The notes under the pieces are model-generated. The model was not told the DNA's origin. It did no database searches and was given only the letters and a program-made list of their open reading frames with translations. Below, one piece after another: positions 50,601-63,500 of a stretch of DNA of 64,000 nucleotides (its first letter is position 1; each line of letters opens with the position of its first letter). This DNA is from Catajapyx aquilonaris (lineage: Eukaryota). The stretch is from positions 1 to 64,000 of the forward strand of contig KZ538431.1 of NCBI GenBank assembly GCA_000934665.2, in the 5' to 3' direction. Both the position numbers and the translations under genes were made by a program.

Positions 50601-53374
50601 ATCAAAAGGAAGGATTTTTTTTTTCGAAAAGAAAGTCTGACCTGCTCGGTGAAACCCGGCCATTAACTTCCGTTAATAGTCCGCATGGATGAAGCTTATA
50701 TAAATGAGTCAGGTATTTAAAAACTTGTTTTCTAGTCCCTGCCCATTACACTTCTTTTTGTTGCACTTCAGCTCTCGTTACAGCCTGTTACTACTCCAAA
50801 TGGCATCCCTTCATTAGGTTTTTAAGTAGTCCTTTCTTTTCATCTCCAGTTGCTCGAGAAAAAAAAAACAAAGAAACACACGCTTTCTTAATGCCTCGAG
50901 CTGATTGTTGGCGCCAATTTTTAGGAAGGTCGCATTTGACCTCTCCCTGTAACAGGTCCATTACTTCCTGTGGATGCTGCATGGGGCCAGTGTATCATGA
51001 GAGACGGGTTGATGGCCAGCAGGCAGTTAAGATCGGTTGGGCAGCCATTCCTCTGGGCGTCAGAGCAAACAGACAGCGATGCCTGTGCCCATTTTTCGTG
51101 CCAGTCTTTTTTTTATTTTGGAAAGGGAGGGGGGGGGATTCCTCCCCCCCTATTCTTGGCTTGCTTGTTTTATACTGGAACAATGATGGGCCGTTAGGTG
51201 TGCCTAGCTGGGGCCGTGATGGCCAGCTTAGTGCGGAGTCGTAAAGCCCGGCGCCTTTGCCGTTATGGAAGCCAAGACACAAGGTGGTGGCGGGAAAAGC
51301 GGCTTCCCCCCCCTTTTTGTAATGACGCCAATGGACCAATCAGAAGGAGGCCGCCGGTATTGCCGACGGTGGCGGCTTATAAAGTTTTTAGGAGCCTGTG
51401 CCCCGGCCTCCTCTTGCCCAAAAGGGAGAAATGACGGTTATCTCCATCTGCTTTTTCCGCCGCCTTTTTCCCCTCCCTCCCTCTCTCTTAAATGTTGCAT
51501 GTACCTGAATTTGGACTCTCCTGGAAAGCCTGAACACTCTTTTTTTTTTAGTTGTTCATTACGCCATCGGATTATATCGAGGCCTAGAAGAGTGCTCATA
51601 CTCATTGAAATACACATTCGCGATTAATTTTGCAAACTTCAGCCCAGCAGCAAAGTCGAAAATATAAAAGCAGCGCAAAGTAGGCAGATGATGAACTCCA
51701 GTCCATATTTGAGTAGGCGACATATGGGATCACATACGTAACCCCCTGGCTCATCGGTCCCCCCCCTCTTGTTGTATATGGATGAAGAGCCGTCAGAGGA
51801 TGGATCGAGTGAGAGGAAAAGAGGCCTGCTCCATTCATGAGCCCCTGGTTCTACTTGTCTGCCTGCTGCACAAGCCCACCCCTCCCCTTCCGACGAGCCC
51901 GTTCTGCTTAGTTAACCTTCAATGCCGGGACGGGAAACACTTGTTGGTCACCAACAAAGGCTCCAAGATAGTGTTTCAGGAGGCAAGAAGTGCACTTTGC
52001 CAAAAGGGAGGGGATATGTATATTGAGAGGAGGGGGCTCGTCTTGTGTTTCGGAGAGGAACAGACAGGTTTTTATCATGCACCAGCCGCTCGTGTGTCCT
52101 CTTTTTTTTTAGCTGATTGCACCGAGGGGAAGTAATGAGGATGCAATGTTCTTATCATTATTGCAAGGTTGTCTAGAAACTCGTGATTTATGCAACGCGC
52201 CATGCTTAATATGAATGGAGAACAATCGATGTTATATCATTGAAGCTTAAATATTACATTGCCCCCATATCACCATATGGAATTAATTAGATTGCACTTG
52301 ATCAGAAAATAACTCTGACCAGGACTTGCATTCAATGTAGATACGTGATTGATCACTCTGAAAATCATTCATAATTATGTGGTTTAGAGGGAAAAATAAT
52401 TGCTAGCAAATCAGTACCGTGAGTTCAGAAATTAACTACAAAATTACAGCAGGAAAACTGTCTTTATTGCAATAATGCCTTTATGGAGAAAGTATGTTGC
52501 GTACTGAACGAGTTAAATGCGACATAAATACGCTGAAATACCTGGAACAAACTTAAGATCGTTAATAGTTTTAACTCTTCCCAGGGTTACTGACAGTATG
52601 TATTGAAATTATTTGAGTTGTTTATGTCTCAATTTGAGTAATTTGTCACTTATAATATTCCCTTCATGCTTTTTGAAAACTGTTGGTACAATACAATGAA
52701 TGACAAACTACAATGAGAGATAAAGCGATAATTTTAAATGCTGACGGAGGTCTTTACAATATTTAACAGTAGTTGATCCAATACTGTCGGTCATTTCCTA
52801 TTCATTCGCGGTGCAGTACACGATCTACACATGCACTGCATTATTATGACGCACACCATTTTACTGGCCTACAATAATTGTGCGTAGTCATATTCTGTAT
52901 TGTCGCAGAATGTACATGAATCAGAGCCAACTCCCAGAGGCCAGTCAGCAGTACTGCACGTATGTTCTTGCTTTAAATAATTGTTATTAGAGAACAATGT
53001 GAATGTGAATGTCAAGTTAGCTTTTTTCATACAGTATTAGTTGCACCTAATTAATTTGCGATTATTATAATGCATGTGTTCTATCCCTCTGTAGATTGTA
53101 TGAGAGCATGTTTAAAAAAAGAAAAGAGTAGAATAATGCGTTGAAAGGATTGCGATTTGAAATGACCAACTTTACGGTCCTTTTACCACATTCGTTATCA
53201 GACCATAATTCGATAAAGTAACGAAGCGCATTGAAATTTCCACCGATACCTAAAAGTCCGACCCGAAATCCGCCCCCCCCCCCCCCNAAACAACACCTAG
53301 ATTTCCACGCTGTGCACAGAGCGATTCAACAAAATTTTGCGCAATTGAAAGGGAGGACATCTTAATTATTTTTC

Positions 53375-53520
53375 TTTACAAAAAAAGTCGTATAGAATGG
53401 CGCTCTGTCCGTCTGTCTGTGGACAGGTATCAGGTCCCAAACCGAAAGAGATAGCGACAAACTGCTTTCGGATTCGGATTCATGGTCAACTTTCGGTGGC
53501 CAGCCACTTCCTGTTGTCCG
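53375..53520 (+). mobile_element. Possible DINE-1/Helentron-associated element fragment
   Basis: CTGTCCGTCTGTCTGT microsatellite (53405-53420) followed by AACCGAAAGAGATAG, an arrangement reminiscent of DINE-1-like elements. Termini not resolved. Confidence 0.3.
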
Positions 53521-53722
53521 GATGTTCACTTTATCCTTTCTACTTAATTAATAACTACTTTCCTTGGGTTCCTTGGCAACGGTAAATGAGACTGACAGCA
53601 ATCAACGTCATTGTTGTCATGTTCGAATCGCATCAAGCCGCATTTTCCTCTGTCCAGTGAGAAAAAAGTCTACTCAAATAACGCTCGAGTGATTTGCCAA
53701 GCTTGTTATGTGCTTACGTATA

Positions 53723-54021
53723 CAGGGTGTTTCAACTTTTTTGTCCGAACAGTTATCGGAAAATTGCACATAGCTGCTCCTTTGTCAGCAGTGACTTGCA
53801 AACGGTGATTTTTCGGAGGATCGGGGAATATTCCCTGCGAATCGTAGGTTGAAGTGGCATACGTGCTTGAGGGCCAAGCCTGGAAAAACCCATGGGATGT
53901 GTGACCATGTTTTTCCCCATTCCTTCGACAATAATCACCGGTTGCAAGTCACTGCTTACAAAGTAGCAGCTACGTGCAATTTTCCGATAACTGTTCGGTA
54001 CAAAAAAGTTTAAACACCCTG
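53723..54021. mobile_element. Tc1/mariner-type MITE (299 bp, TIRs of about 105 bp, TA TSD)
   Basis: TA|CAGGGTGTTTCAACTTTTTTGTCCGAACAGTTATCGGAAAATTGCAC... ...GTGCAATTTTCCGATAACTGTTCGGTACAAAAAAGTTTAAACACCCTG|TA, with about 7 differences over the outer 90 bp. Confidence 0.93.
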
Positions 54022-54747
54022 TAACTCGAGAGTAGCAGCTACAAACCCGGAAATTCAGCCCCTATTCTTAGTCTGACCAAACCCTTATACACACACAGAG
54101 AGGTCCAATCCGACAACAAATCTCTGCAGAGAAAAACCGAGGCAGATTGGAAAAGTATGGATTTCCATCCTCCTTTCCCTTCTTCCCCCTTCTGCCTGCT
54201 GGCCTGAGCAGCATATATGATAAAAACCACCCTCTCTCTCCCATCCATTGACGAAATGGTCTAGTCCTCATCCTTTCCTCTTTTTTTCCCTTCCTTCCTT
54301 CCTTCCTTCTTCTTCTTTCCCTCAACTCTGACCAGAGATTGGACAAGAGAGCACCTCTCCCTCCCCACCTTTCCCACTTCATCTGAAACGCTAAGATGGC
54401 GACTGGGAAGTCTCCATGACAACCGTGGAGGGATTGGGGAGGATGGCGGGGATGCTGGTGGGGGATTGTATATAGTTTGTGTGTGGATGGGAGGGAGGGA
54501 GGGACACTCCTCCCTTCAGTGGGCAACCAGCCATGCACGGCGGCCAACTGGGCCGTGGACCCTCCCGAATAAAGCTGTCCAATTATCACCAATAATCCAG
54601 CGAATATGGACGCATAAATATGAGCCGGCTGACTGCCTCTATTGAAAACGGCAGGCAAAGCGCAAAAGCTTCCCCCGAGTTGATCTGATTTCGGCTGGCG
54701 GTTCACCCCCCACCTTCCACTCCACATATACACCCTCTATACTATAC

Positions 54748-54787
54748 AACAGGGTGGATCATACACTGGCTGTTGGACCACCCTGTT
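54748..54787. repeat. 40-bp mini hairpin with CAGGGTG arms
   Basis: AACAGGGTGG...CCACCCTGTT forms a perfect 10-bp stem with the same terminal motif as the MITEs at 32090 and 53723. Confidence 0.45.
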
Positions 54788-55573
54788 AAAAGCATACCTC
54801 TCAGAGGCTCTGTCCCCTCAAGTCCTGAAGTTTACATTGGATCCATACAGGTAAATCCCTTCCTTAATCAAAGCCCCCTGGAAAAGCCCCCTCAGGTATA
54901 CCAGAATTCGTAATAGGGAGATTCGACATGCAAGTTCGATGAAGGACGAGACCAAAAGAATTGTTGGATTTTTGTTATACTAAAAAAAGGAAGGGAGATT
55001 CATGGAGAATTTTCAATGACAAAAGGATAATCGGTGGTTATACCTATGGTCTAACCGCGCGATTTTTGCAAAAAAAATTGAGCGAAATTGCTGGTTATTG
55101 GACCCCTCACAGTGATGTCAATTTTTCATGACGGGTAACACTAACCTTTTGTGCAATTCCGCATGCCTTTTGACGTGTTGCAAACATCAAGTGGTGTGGT
55201 TTTCCATGCTCTAAAAAAAAGACGTAACTAACTTTGCGGGAGTAATTACAGCACCCATTTTCTACTTCCATTGTCATATTTTAGACGAAAATTATATCCG
55301 GGTCTTGTCAAAGGCAAACCGTATTTTAAAATGTTGTATAGTTTGTAGTCGGTAGGTCATAATGCGAAATATGCGGCTTGCAGGTGACAATGACATTAAC
55401 GCTGTTTTGTGCAGCACCAAAAGTTTTTTTATTATTATTCGCTTAAAAAATTGGCCGTGTAAACTTTCGACCTGTCACTCATTTTCGTCTAAATTCTGTT
55501 AGCGAAATTTTTTGTGACGCGTTTGGTAAATGTTATCCCAAAAAAATGTTCCGGCTACATTTTTTAAATCTGC

Positions 55574-55632
55574 TGTGATAATATTCCGTTAGAAATATGT
55601 GTAATGTGACAATATATTCCGTTAGAAATATG
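55574..55632. repeat. Short tandem duplication (period about 33 bp)
   Basis: ATATTCCGTTAGAAATATG occurs exactly at 55581 and 55614. Confidence 0.8.
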
Positions 55633-56477
55633 GCGCATTATTCATCAGCCGGTACATATTTAAATAATAATCGGCATGTTTATTTTATTAATTGCAAAGC
55701 AAGCCGATGGAAACACTATAGTGATGCCCTATCTTTTTTTAGTCATCGGGGAAAAAATGTTGACCCAACACTGCTGCCCATAAAAAGGCAAAATCTCTTC
55801 CTCTTTCCGAGTGGATTAAATGAAGAGTACTTTGTAATCTAAGCGGACAGGACACAGGCCGCTTAATTCCTCCTGTCCCGTAATATCCCGTTAGGTAAAG
55901 TTTGTCCCGGATATTAAGGACCTCCCCTTTCTTCCTGCCGAATCTCCGGGACACGCTCCGTATATACGTATAAAAAACACACACACAGTATATGGGGGGG
56001 TGAGATGTACCCTTCGAATTAACACGGGATCGGTTCCGGTTACACACGTGCCTTATAATGTATTTTTTCCGGTATGTTGGAAGGGAGGGTTGAGGAAGCC
56101 TATAACCGCACCGGAATGAGGGTTAACAGCTTCAAGGGGGTGGGAGGGGTTTAGAACGGAAATCGATGGTCAAGAGGTTAAGTCGTAATAAGCGGTTGGG
56201 TGTAATTGTTCACTGGTCAGGGATGGCCTCCCGGAACCAATGTTAAAGGGCTTGCTTTCCAGGGGGGGGAGAGTCCGTGGTGAGTAAGTCGTGTGTTTTT
56301 TTGAGCGTGAGGATGATCGAAGAATGGCACGTGCCATATTTCCGGTTCGTGTGTAATTGTATAAAAAGTAATGCTTCTTTACCCGTGACTAATATCGTGT
56401 GCGGATAACACGAAAAGGAAAGGGCAAAACATTTCCGTTCGCCACTTTGTCCAGATTGGATTGATGTTCCAGGTAAA

Positions 56478-56630
56478 ACTATTATCAGAAAGTTTGTACG
56501 TATGTTTCTGGCTACCTAACCCACTTTCGGACTACTAAGAGGCTGAAACTTCTTACATGCCGCTGATTCAGGGAAAAGTCCGAAAACTACACTTTTCTAA
56601 ACTGTTGGAGCAAATGTTCGGATAATTTTC
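56478..56630 (+). mobile_element. Non-autonomous Helitron-like dispersed repeat, copy 2 (truncated)
   Basis: Colinear with 15089-15240. Confidence 0.55.
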
Positions 56631-56899
56631 TTCTGGTTGTTTTACGGTTGGCATATATGTAACACTCTGTGAGGGAGTAATGAACGGCTGTCATGGTACA
56701 CAGCTTTTGTGGCAGTGTCCTCGTCATTTTGTAGGTCACACTGCAGTGTGTCGGTGTCTCTTTGGCAAAGTTTGGTCACAACGGGGGAGTTTCATAGTTA
56801 CGCAATTCGTTGAGGGGAAAACCAGCGTTACGGTGCATTAAATGGGGGATCAAAAACCACCCCCCGAAAAGAGCGTTACGTAACTTATGGACAGCCCTC

Positions 56900-57360
56900 T
56901 TTTGCAGGAGACTAATCCATTTTAACTTCCTGATATCCCCCTGGCAGCACATATGTGGGCCAGAAACCCCCTCCAGCTCTTCAGAAGGAAATCCTGTTAT
57001 GTCGAGAGGGCGCGAATCCAAATGTGCTTATCCCCCCCCTACTGCCACCTATAACCTCTTCTATATTTTTTTTTTGTCGGAACGGTCTGTCACAAGACTC
57101 AAGTACTAGCCCCTTTAAAGAAGAAGGGGTGACGTCACGTAATTCGTCAATTTACCCGGGCGATCCTAATCCTGCGGAAAATTAGTCCGCATTAAGCCAA
57201 GTTAATCCAACTCTAACTCAATCCTCGGGTCTGTAGCGCAGAGTGTAATTTTATAAGCAATGATATTTTCTGCCTTATTTACCCACCCGGTGCTTCTCCT
57301 TGGAAGACGGAAGACGCAGCCACCCAAGGGGCCCTTTCCTGCCACCTAATTAAGAAAGGC
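56900..57360. promoter_or_regulatory. Candidate enhancer: cluster of K50-homeodomain (TAATCC) motifs plus a CRE palindrome
   Basis: TAATCC at 56913, 57167 and 57203; TAAGCC at 57193; TAATTA at 57347; GTGACGTCAC at 57129. Motif evidence only. Confidence 0.3.
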
Positions 57361-58430
57361 AGCCCCCCCCCCCTTACTTCCCCACCTCATATCTGGCTTG
57401 ACATAAAGTGTGTCAAAATGAAAGGGGAAGCGGCTTGACTTAAATATTGCGAATTGTTTTTTTTTAAGGTTGACGTGATGAAAAATGGGCTCCGAGGGTT
57501 TACTCGAGCGGAGCCCCATAACCTTGAATTTAAATGCAGTCTGTGTGCGCCTGGGGCAATCGCAATCACATTATTGCTACACGCCTGTGTACATATTTGA
57601 TAGTAGTGGTGCCCTGAACATTTTCAAAAAGGTTACAATTTTTTTAAAACCCTCCCATACGTTCCCTCTTGATTTACATTCTATTTGTTGAGCACGTGCA
57701 AATTAGACCTATTCCCAAAAGAGAGCCGGCAAAAAGCCAGAAAGTACAGATCGCATTGCATAAATTGAACCCTGAAACAAAATCATGCTATTTCTGGGGC
57801 ATGGGGGGGGGGGGGAGGCTTGTATATACTGTACCTAAAAGGTGACCCTGAATATAATGACATTTTGCGGCTGGACCGGAGAAACTTGCATCACAGGGAT
57901 TTGCTCGCAAAATTACATGGACGATTTTAACTCTGTTTTATATTCATTCGTATTCATCAATTTTGAGTATGTCATTATCAAAACCAGGCTATCTCATGCT
58001 GTGGTTACATGCATTAACTCAGCTTCCTATTTCCAATACATTTTCACATTCGGTTCACCTTCCACTGGGCAAGGTTTAAAGGTTATCTGGGACGTGAAAA
58101 AGGCCCACTAAATCTTGAAGAGTTCTTTGATATATTTTTGTCAGGCATATTTTCCCCTGTAATTTACGCTACCATTTGAACAGTCAAGGCGAATGGGTGG
58201 CCCTCGTAAGTCAGGATAAAAGCAACGCCTGTAAACCACACGTTCTTTCCGTATATATACAAGAGAAACACTCTGGATGAAGCCATTCAACCTGTGAAGT
58301 ATCTGTCTATAGATTACACATCTATGGGTTGTCTGCAAAGGGGACAATCTGGTGGTGTCAAAGAAGATGCATAAGAGCAATGCTGCAACAACCCCTCTTT
58401 TTTTTCTCTCTGACTAACCCACCCCCCCCC

Positions 58431-58506
58431 NNNNNNNNNNNNNNNNNNNNNNNNNNNNNNNNNNNNNNNNNNNNNNNNNNNNNNNNNNNNNNNNNNNNNN
58501 NNNNNN
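58431..58506. other. Assembly gap (76 N) inside a C-run
   Basis: N run flanked by poly-C on both sides. Confidence 0.99.
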
Positions 58507-60465
58507 CCCCCCCTTCACTCTAGTCCCCACCCCTCTCCCATAGTTCTCATTAAATTTCCATGGGGCCACCTGTTAGGCACAAGTCCCCCCCTGCCCATAC
58601 ACACACCCCCACCTCTCTTTCATGTCTGCTATACTCATGGTAAAGCATTGTTTATCGAATGGGGCGCGGGACCAAACTTGGGATTGTTTCCCCCCGATTT
58701 TCATACTTTTTTATATGAAACAACCCCACAGCCTCACCCATCCGTCATGTATCCACACACACACACACGCACAAAAAAAGAGTATAGAAGGGATGTTCAC
58801 TTGATATTTTTGTGGGGGGCCCACACACAGCACCATGTGTCCCTGGAACCCGACACATGCTCGGCAGTATTTTATGGCTAAACGCAATAGAATTAATTCA
58901 CTTACAGTTTGCTTTTTGGAAAAAGTGCCCCTGGAGGTTGTTTTGTACTTTTGTTCATTAGTTATATAATTATGAACTAAAGAGATTAAGTCCACCGGTT
59001 TTGGGAGGGGGGAGGGACTGTAGCTGGGGGGATAATAACAACAACAACAAAAAATCCGCCCGTCTCTGGTGGTCGGGCAGCAAAATCCAAACACATGCAT
59101 TATTTATTTCTCCGTAAAATGACGCGTGTAAAATATGAACAGAGTAGGCTAATAAGTATTTGCGAAATTTGGGCGCCTATTAATCCAATTTGGCGGAAAC
59201 ACAGAGGTGTTGATTCGTTTTGCAGCAAAAGTGCGAATCGTTTATTGTGCCCGTAATTGGTGTCCCTGTTCCTCCATTTGTGGTCAACCCTTGTTTGTGG
59301 GCTATTGTTTTATTCATCTCATCGATTTTCTTAGTGATGGCATACACGTGTTTGTTCCGAGAGTCTGAAATGCGCGGAAAAAAATTGCTGAATTTCAAAT
59401 CAGGGGGGGACTCATCAAAAATGTACATTTTTGTGAAATAGAAACTTGTGTGCAAAAATCGCAGTAATTTTATTCACGCTATTTTTTTGTAGTAAAATGT
59501 CACTTTAACTTATCATGTGCCAAATTAAACTTGTTTTCATGCTGGATCGGTAATTATATACCACAATAAATTTAAATAGAAGTTGTTTCGTAAAAATTAT
59601 TGTGGTCACCACACAATCAATCTTGGAGGGGGTCCTTGGCATAAACTAAGTTTATGGAATAATATTCTAATTGTGATTTTCCAATATTAGTGGAATGAGT
59701 TGAGTGTGTAAAGGTGTAAATTCCGCCAATATATCTTGTATAATTATTATATTGCATCTCGCTCGTCAATTACCAAAATGTGTTTAATGTGTTTAATGTG
59801 AATAACTCTTTTTGGTAATTGACTACTCTCAAGGTAAAATGAGTTAATTTTAACTCTTCTTTTTTAGAGAGTAATATTATTACTGTATATATTGTCAACG
59901 ATTTTGACCCACTGCACTGCAATGGTATATAGATGGAATTGGCTAGTTTATACATTTACCAGCTAGAAACAATTGTGTCACTAGCTTTGTACGTGGTCGA
60001 GCCAAACTGTCTCTGGTGAGCATCAGGAAGACACAGTGTCCTTAACACCAGATAATGAAGATGCAGCCTGTAGTGTATACTTGGCTTGGCTTGGTTGCCT
60101 TTGGAGTGTCGTGACAGGACTCACAAGGTACCCATGTCAAAGAGGAAAATGTCCTCCTCCTCCTCCTCCCCCCTCTCTAAACCTAAAGCTTGCATCATCC
60201 AGCAAGCATCATCCGGCAGCAGTTTGGCGGTGGTTTTCCTGTAGTGGGCCAGTTTCTGACAGGAGCGGCAAAGTGTTGATTACCTAGCTATCAGCTTCTC
60301 TGTCAATTTCCAACGCGGAAAGCCAAATCATATGCACCCTGCCTAATTTCACGCTCAAGTTTACCGGCGGGAAGCGGGAATGTCGTCTCGGATTAGGGCC
60401 CCTGCCGGTAACTCGGGGAAAATTGGTCCAGGGAAAGTGCCGAGTTTGAAGGGATGGGGAGGGGG

Positions 60466-60468
<3 letters not shown>

Positions 60469-60510
<42 letters not shown>

Positions 60511-60570
60511 NNNNNNNNNNNNNNNNNNNNNNNNNNNNNNNNNNNNNNNNNNNNNNNNNNNNNNNNNNNN
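60469..60570. repeat. (AG)21 microsatellite running into a 60-N gap
   Basis: AG repeat at 60469-60510, N at 60511-60570. Confidence 0.97.
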
Positions 60571-63500
60571 GGCATGATAGTAACGGAAGGGGGGGGGTCA
60601 ACTCTCTCTCTCTGAGTTTTTGAAACGTACGTTTGAAAGAGAGTCGAAAATTTTCTGGAGGCCGTCGCGTCGGTTCTTAACTTTTCGGAGGATGGGGGGG
60701 ATGTTTGTCCGGGGGAGAAAATTAGAGGACAGTGTCAATTTGCGGATGTTGATCAAGGGCGTGACATGCGTTTCACCTTCGCTGTCTAGGAACTGTGGAC
60801 CTTGGTGTTTGAGGAAGGTGAGACAACTCGCGGAATTAGGTTTTATTATTGCCAGAATCCTCTCCTCGCTTTTTTGGGGCGCATCAGTTCAATAATTTAG
60901 AAGGTGAGAGAAAATTGTGAATCAACGATCATAACAATTGGATTGTTGTTTGCCTTTAAACTGATACTGGGAACAAATACACACAATAGTTCAAAATAAA
61001 ATATGCAAGCTCTTGTTTTAAAATGGCGGGAGTATTTTCGTATTGTCAGTATATGTATATACCTTATAAACTATACAGAAAACCCCGATATAAATTTCTG
61101 CAGTTATTCTCGAAAGTTATTCTTGCAGATAATTATAAAAGGATGATTCTCCACTCTCGTGACACAATATTGTTGATATTGCCCATTTAACTCGCCACCA
61201 TTTGTTATCAGTATAATACTGTCTTTTGATAAAGAAGCAACTCTTTGCCAGTTCATTTCAAAGTCTAACTCTAGTCTAAACTCTGGAGGCAAAATGATAA
61301 CTTATAATGATGTTCTACTTCTAATAATATACGAGTAGATCTGGAAAAATGTAATTGAAAAAAGGTTTAATTATGAATATTAATTTTCATCTGAATTCAT
61401 TAACACAATGTTTCCATCGCCTTAATTTTAATGGAAACAATTCACAAATGTTACATTTACTATGTGTACAAATAATAATTGTTCTAAATTAATTTACCCT
61501 GAATACATCAATTTAATAACTGTGTGTTTTCCAGACACACTTTATATGCCTACTGCATATAAAAGAAAATATCTCCCTGCAGAATGAGGCAGGGAGGTTA
61601 ATAAATGATGGATGGATTGATTGATTGTATAAAGAGAATAGCAATATACATATTTATATTCTCTAGCTTTTTCGCGTATTTTTAAATATTTTTCTACTAT
61701 TGCTAAAATACTGCATTCGCTGAGCTTATAGTCAAATAAAGTAACTGATATTGTGTTGCGGAGATGGGAATATTTTAAAAAAATGTTGAATTCAAATAAA
61801 TTTTCATTATAGCATGTTGATGTAAGCATAGGGTAATTACAGTGCAAAAACGATAAACCCTATAATTTGCATATCATTTTGTGAAAAACTGTTACATGAC
61901 AGAGAAAAGTAATTCTAATTCTTGAATTCATCGTACTATGTGTGTCACATGAAAATAATAATCAAAACAATATTTTCAATGTAAGTTTATGCATGTGCGA
62001 TACAGCGTTATTATATGAAGCAGTTTCTCTCTAGCAGCTCCCTATAATTTTTATTTCAAAAATTTGCTTAATAAAAACAGTCTGACAATAACTAATATGC
62101 AGACTGTTAAGTGATGGGAACTATACCATGCTTCAGTTCATACCTGTACAGCATACAGCCGTTGGGTTACCTACAAGTACCAAGTATAGTTCACCTTCCA
62201 AGAGTGGATTTGTATGTTAGACTGGTGAGCAACATATGCGCTGAAGCTGGTTTGACATGCTGTGCATCCGGCTTATAATACCTTCTCCGGAAGTTACTTC
62301 ATGTCCGGTCCTTGACGTTTCCCCGGAGGATCCTTCCCAAGTCTCCGGGAGTGGAGGGAAGCCCCCGGAAAAATGCGTTTGGCCGTTTCCTTCCGTGGGA
62401 AGAAGAAGAGGAAGAAGAAGGAAGAGGAGGGAGAGAGAAAGAGAGAAAAAGTCGGTAACGTCTGCGATGATGGGTGTTCCCAACTTGGACTTCCTTCTGA
62501 AACTCCTCCGGTTGTAAATCAGAGTGGTAGGGTGCGGCTGTTGCTGTCCATTTTCTAAGGGAGGGGTCTGCCCGAACAGTTACACCCAATATTACTCCTT
62601 GACAACGATGGAAGCGGAACAAGTACAATAATTTTCAAAATACCTTTTTAGCACGCTTAAAAAGGAAGGGGGGAGGGGCGTATATCAAAGTTGGCATAGC
62701 GAGTGCATAAACACGGTGTAAACGATGAACTTTGCAGAATCTACACGCCTGTGGGTGCAGGGCTTATTCCTGTGGCAAAAGATTCCCTCGCACTGGCGCG
62801 GCTCTCCCGCGTGCAGCATTGTAAACTATGGTTTTATAGAGCTGCAAACTTCAAAGCTATAACCAGTATGTGTACGTCAATCGCTTTTGTATGCATATCC
62901 AGGGCCGGAGGGGTGACTGGGGGGCATTACAGTCAAAACCCCATCCCCACATCCCTATAACCCTCATTCCCACCCACCCATCCACCCACCCATGAACAGC
63001 CCCCCCTTCCTCTCTTGTCCACTGCCCCTCTCCATATATTTTTGTATCATCGAGTATGTGGGTTGGGTGATGGGAACGAGAGGATTTTACGCAGAACATG
63101 CATTTGCAACTGATAGCATTGCTATATAGCAAGGGTATATACAAAGTGGTACATTCCCAGCCCGAAAAGTGCGGCGGAGGTGCCAACAGATTCTTCATGT
63201 TGTGCTGATTGGTCATTCTTTTTGACGGATGCGGATACAGCAAAAACATGTGGAAAAATAATTATGCTGATTAAAAATCGCTTTGGGACTGCGGCGTTGC
63301 GTAACTGTTTGGGCCAAGTAAATAAATTGTTGACTTGCGGTAAATAGTCCGAAATTGTTTCCACATTACGGTACAACTGATGAATTTTTAAAATTCGGTG
63401 CAACACACGCATTGACTTAGTGTTTGTTTGCATTAAGGCTTCATAAAATAATTCGCAAGCGAATCAAAATGCGCATTTGCGTATTATTCTAGCGTGCTAA

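Noticed and set aside
54068..54733. Longest ORF (221 aa, minus strand)
   Set aside because: Built largely from purine/pyrimidine tracts, with no recognisable protein similarity.
61213..61235. miR-200/miR-8-like start TAATACTGTCT (also miR-33-like GTGCATTGTAG near 28659)
   Set aside because: Only the first ~11 nt match and I see no precursor hairpin.
62217..62483. ORF with a signal-peptide-like stretch followed by QTHFSGGFP, faintly GnRH/corazonin-like
   Set aside because: It starts at TTG, the hydrophobic stretch is just the translated polypyrimidine tract, and there is no Gly plus dibasic processing site after the peptide.
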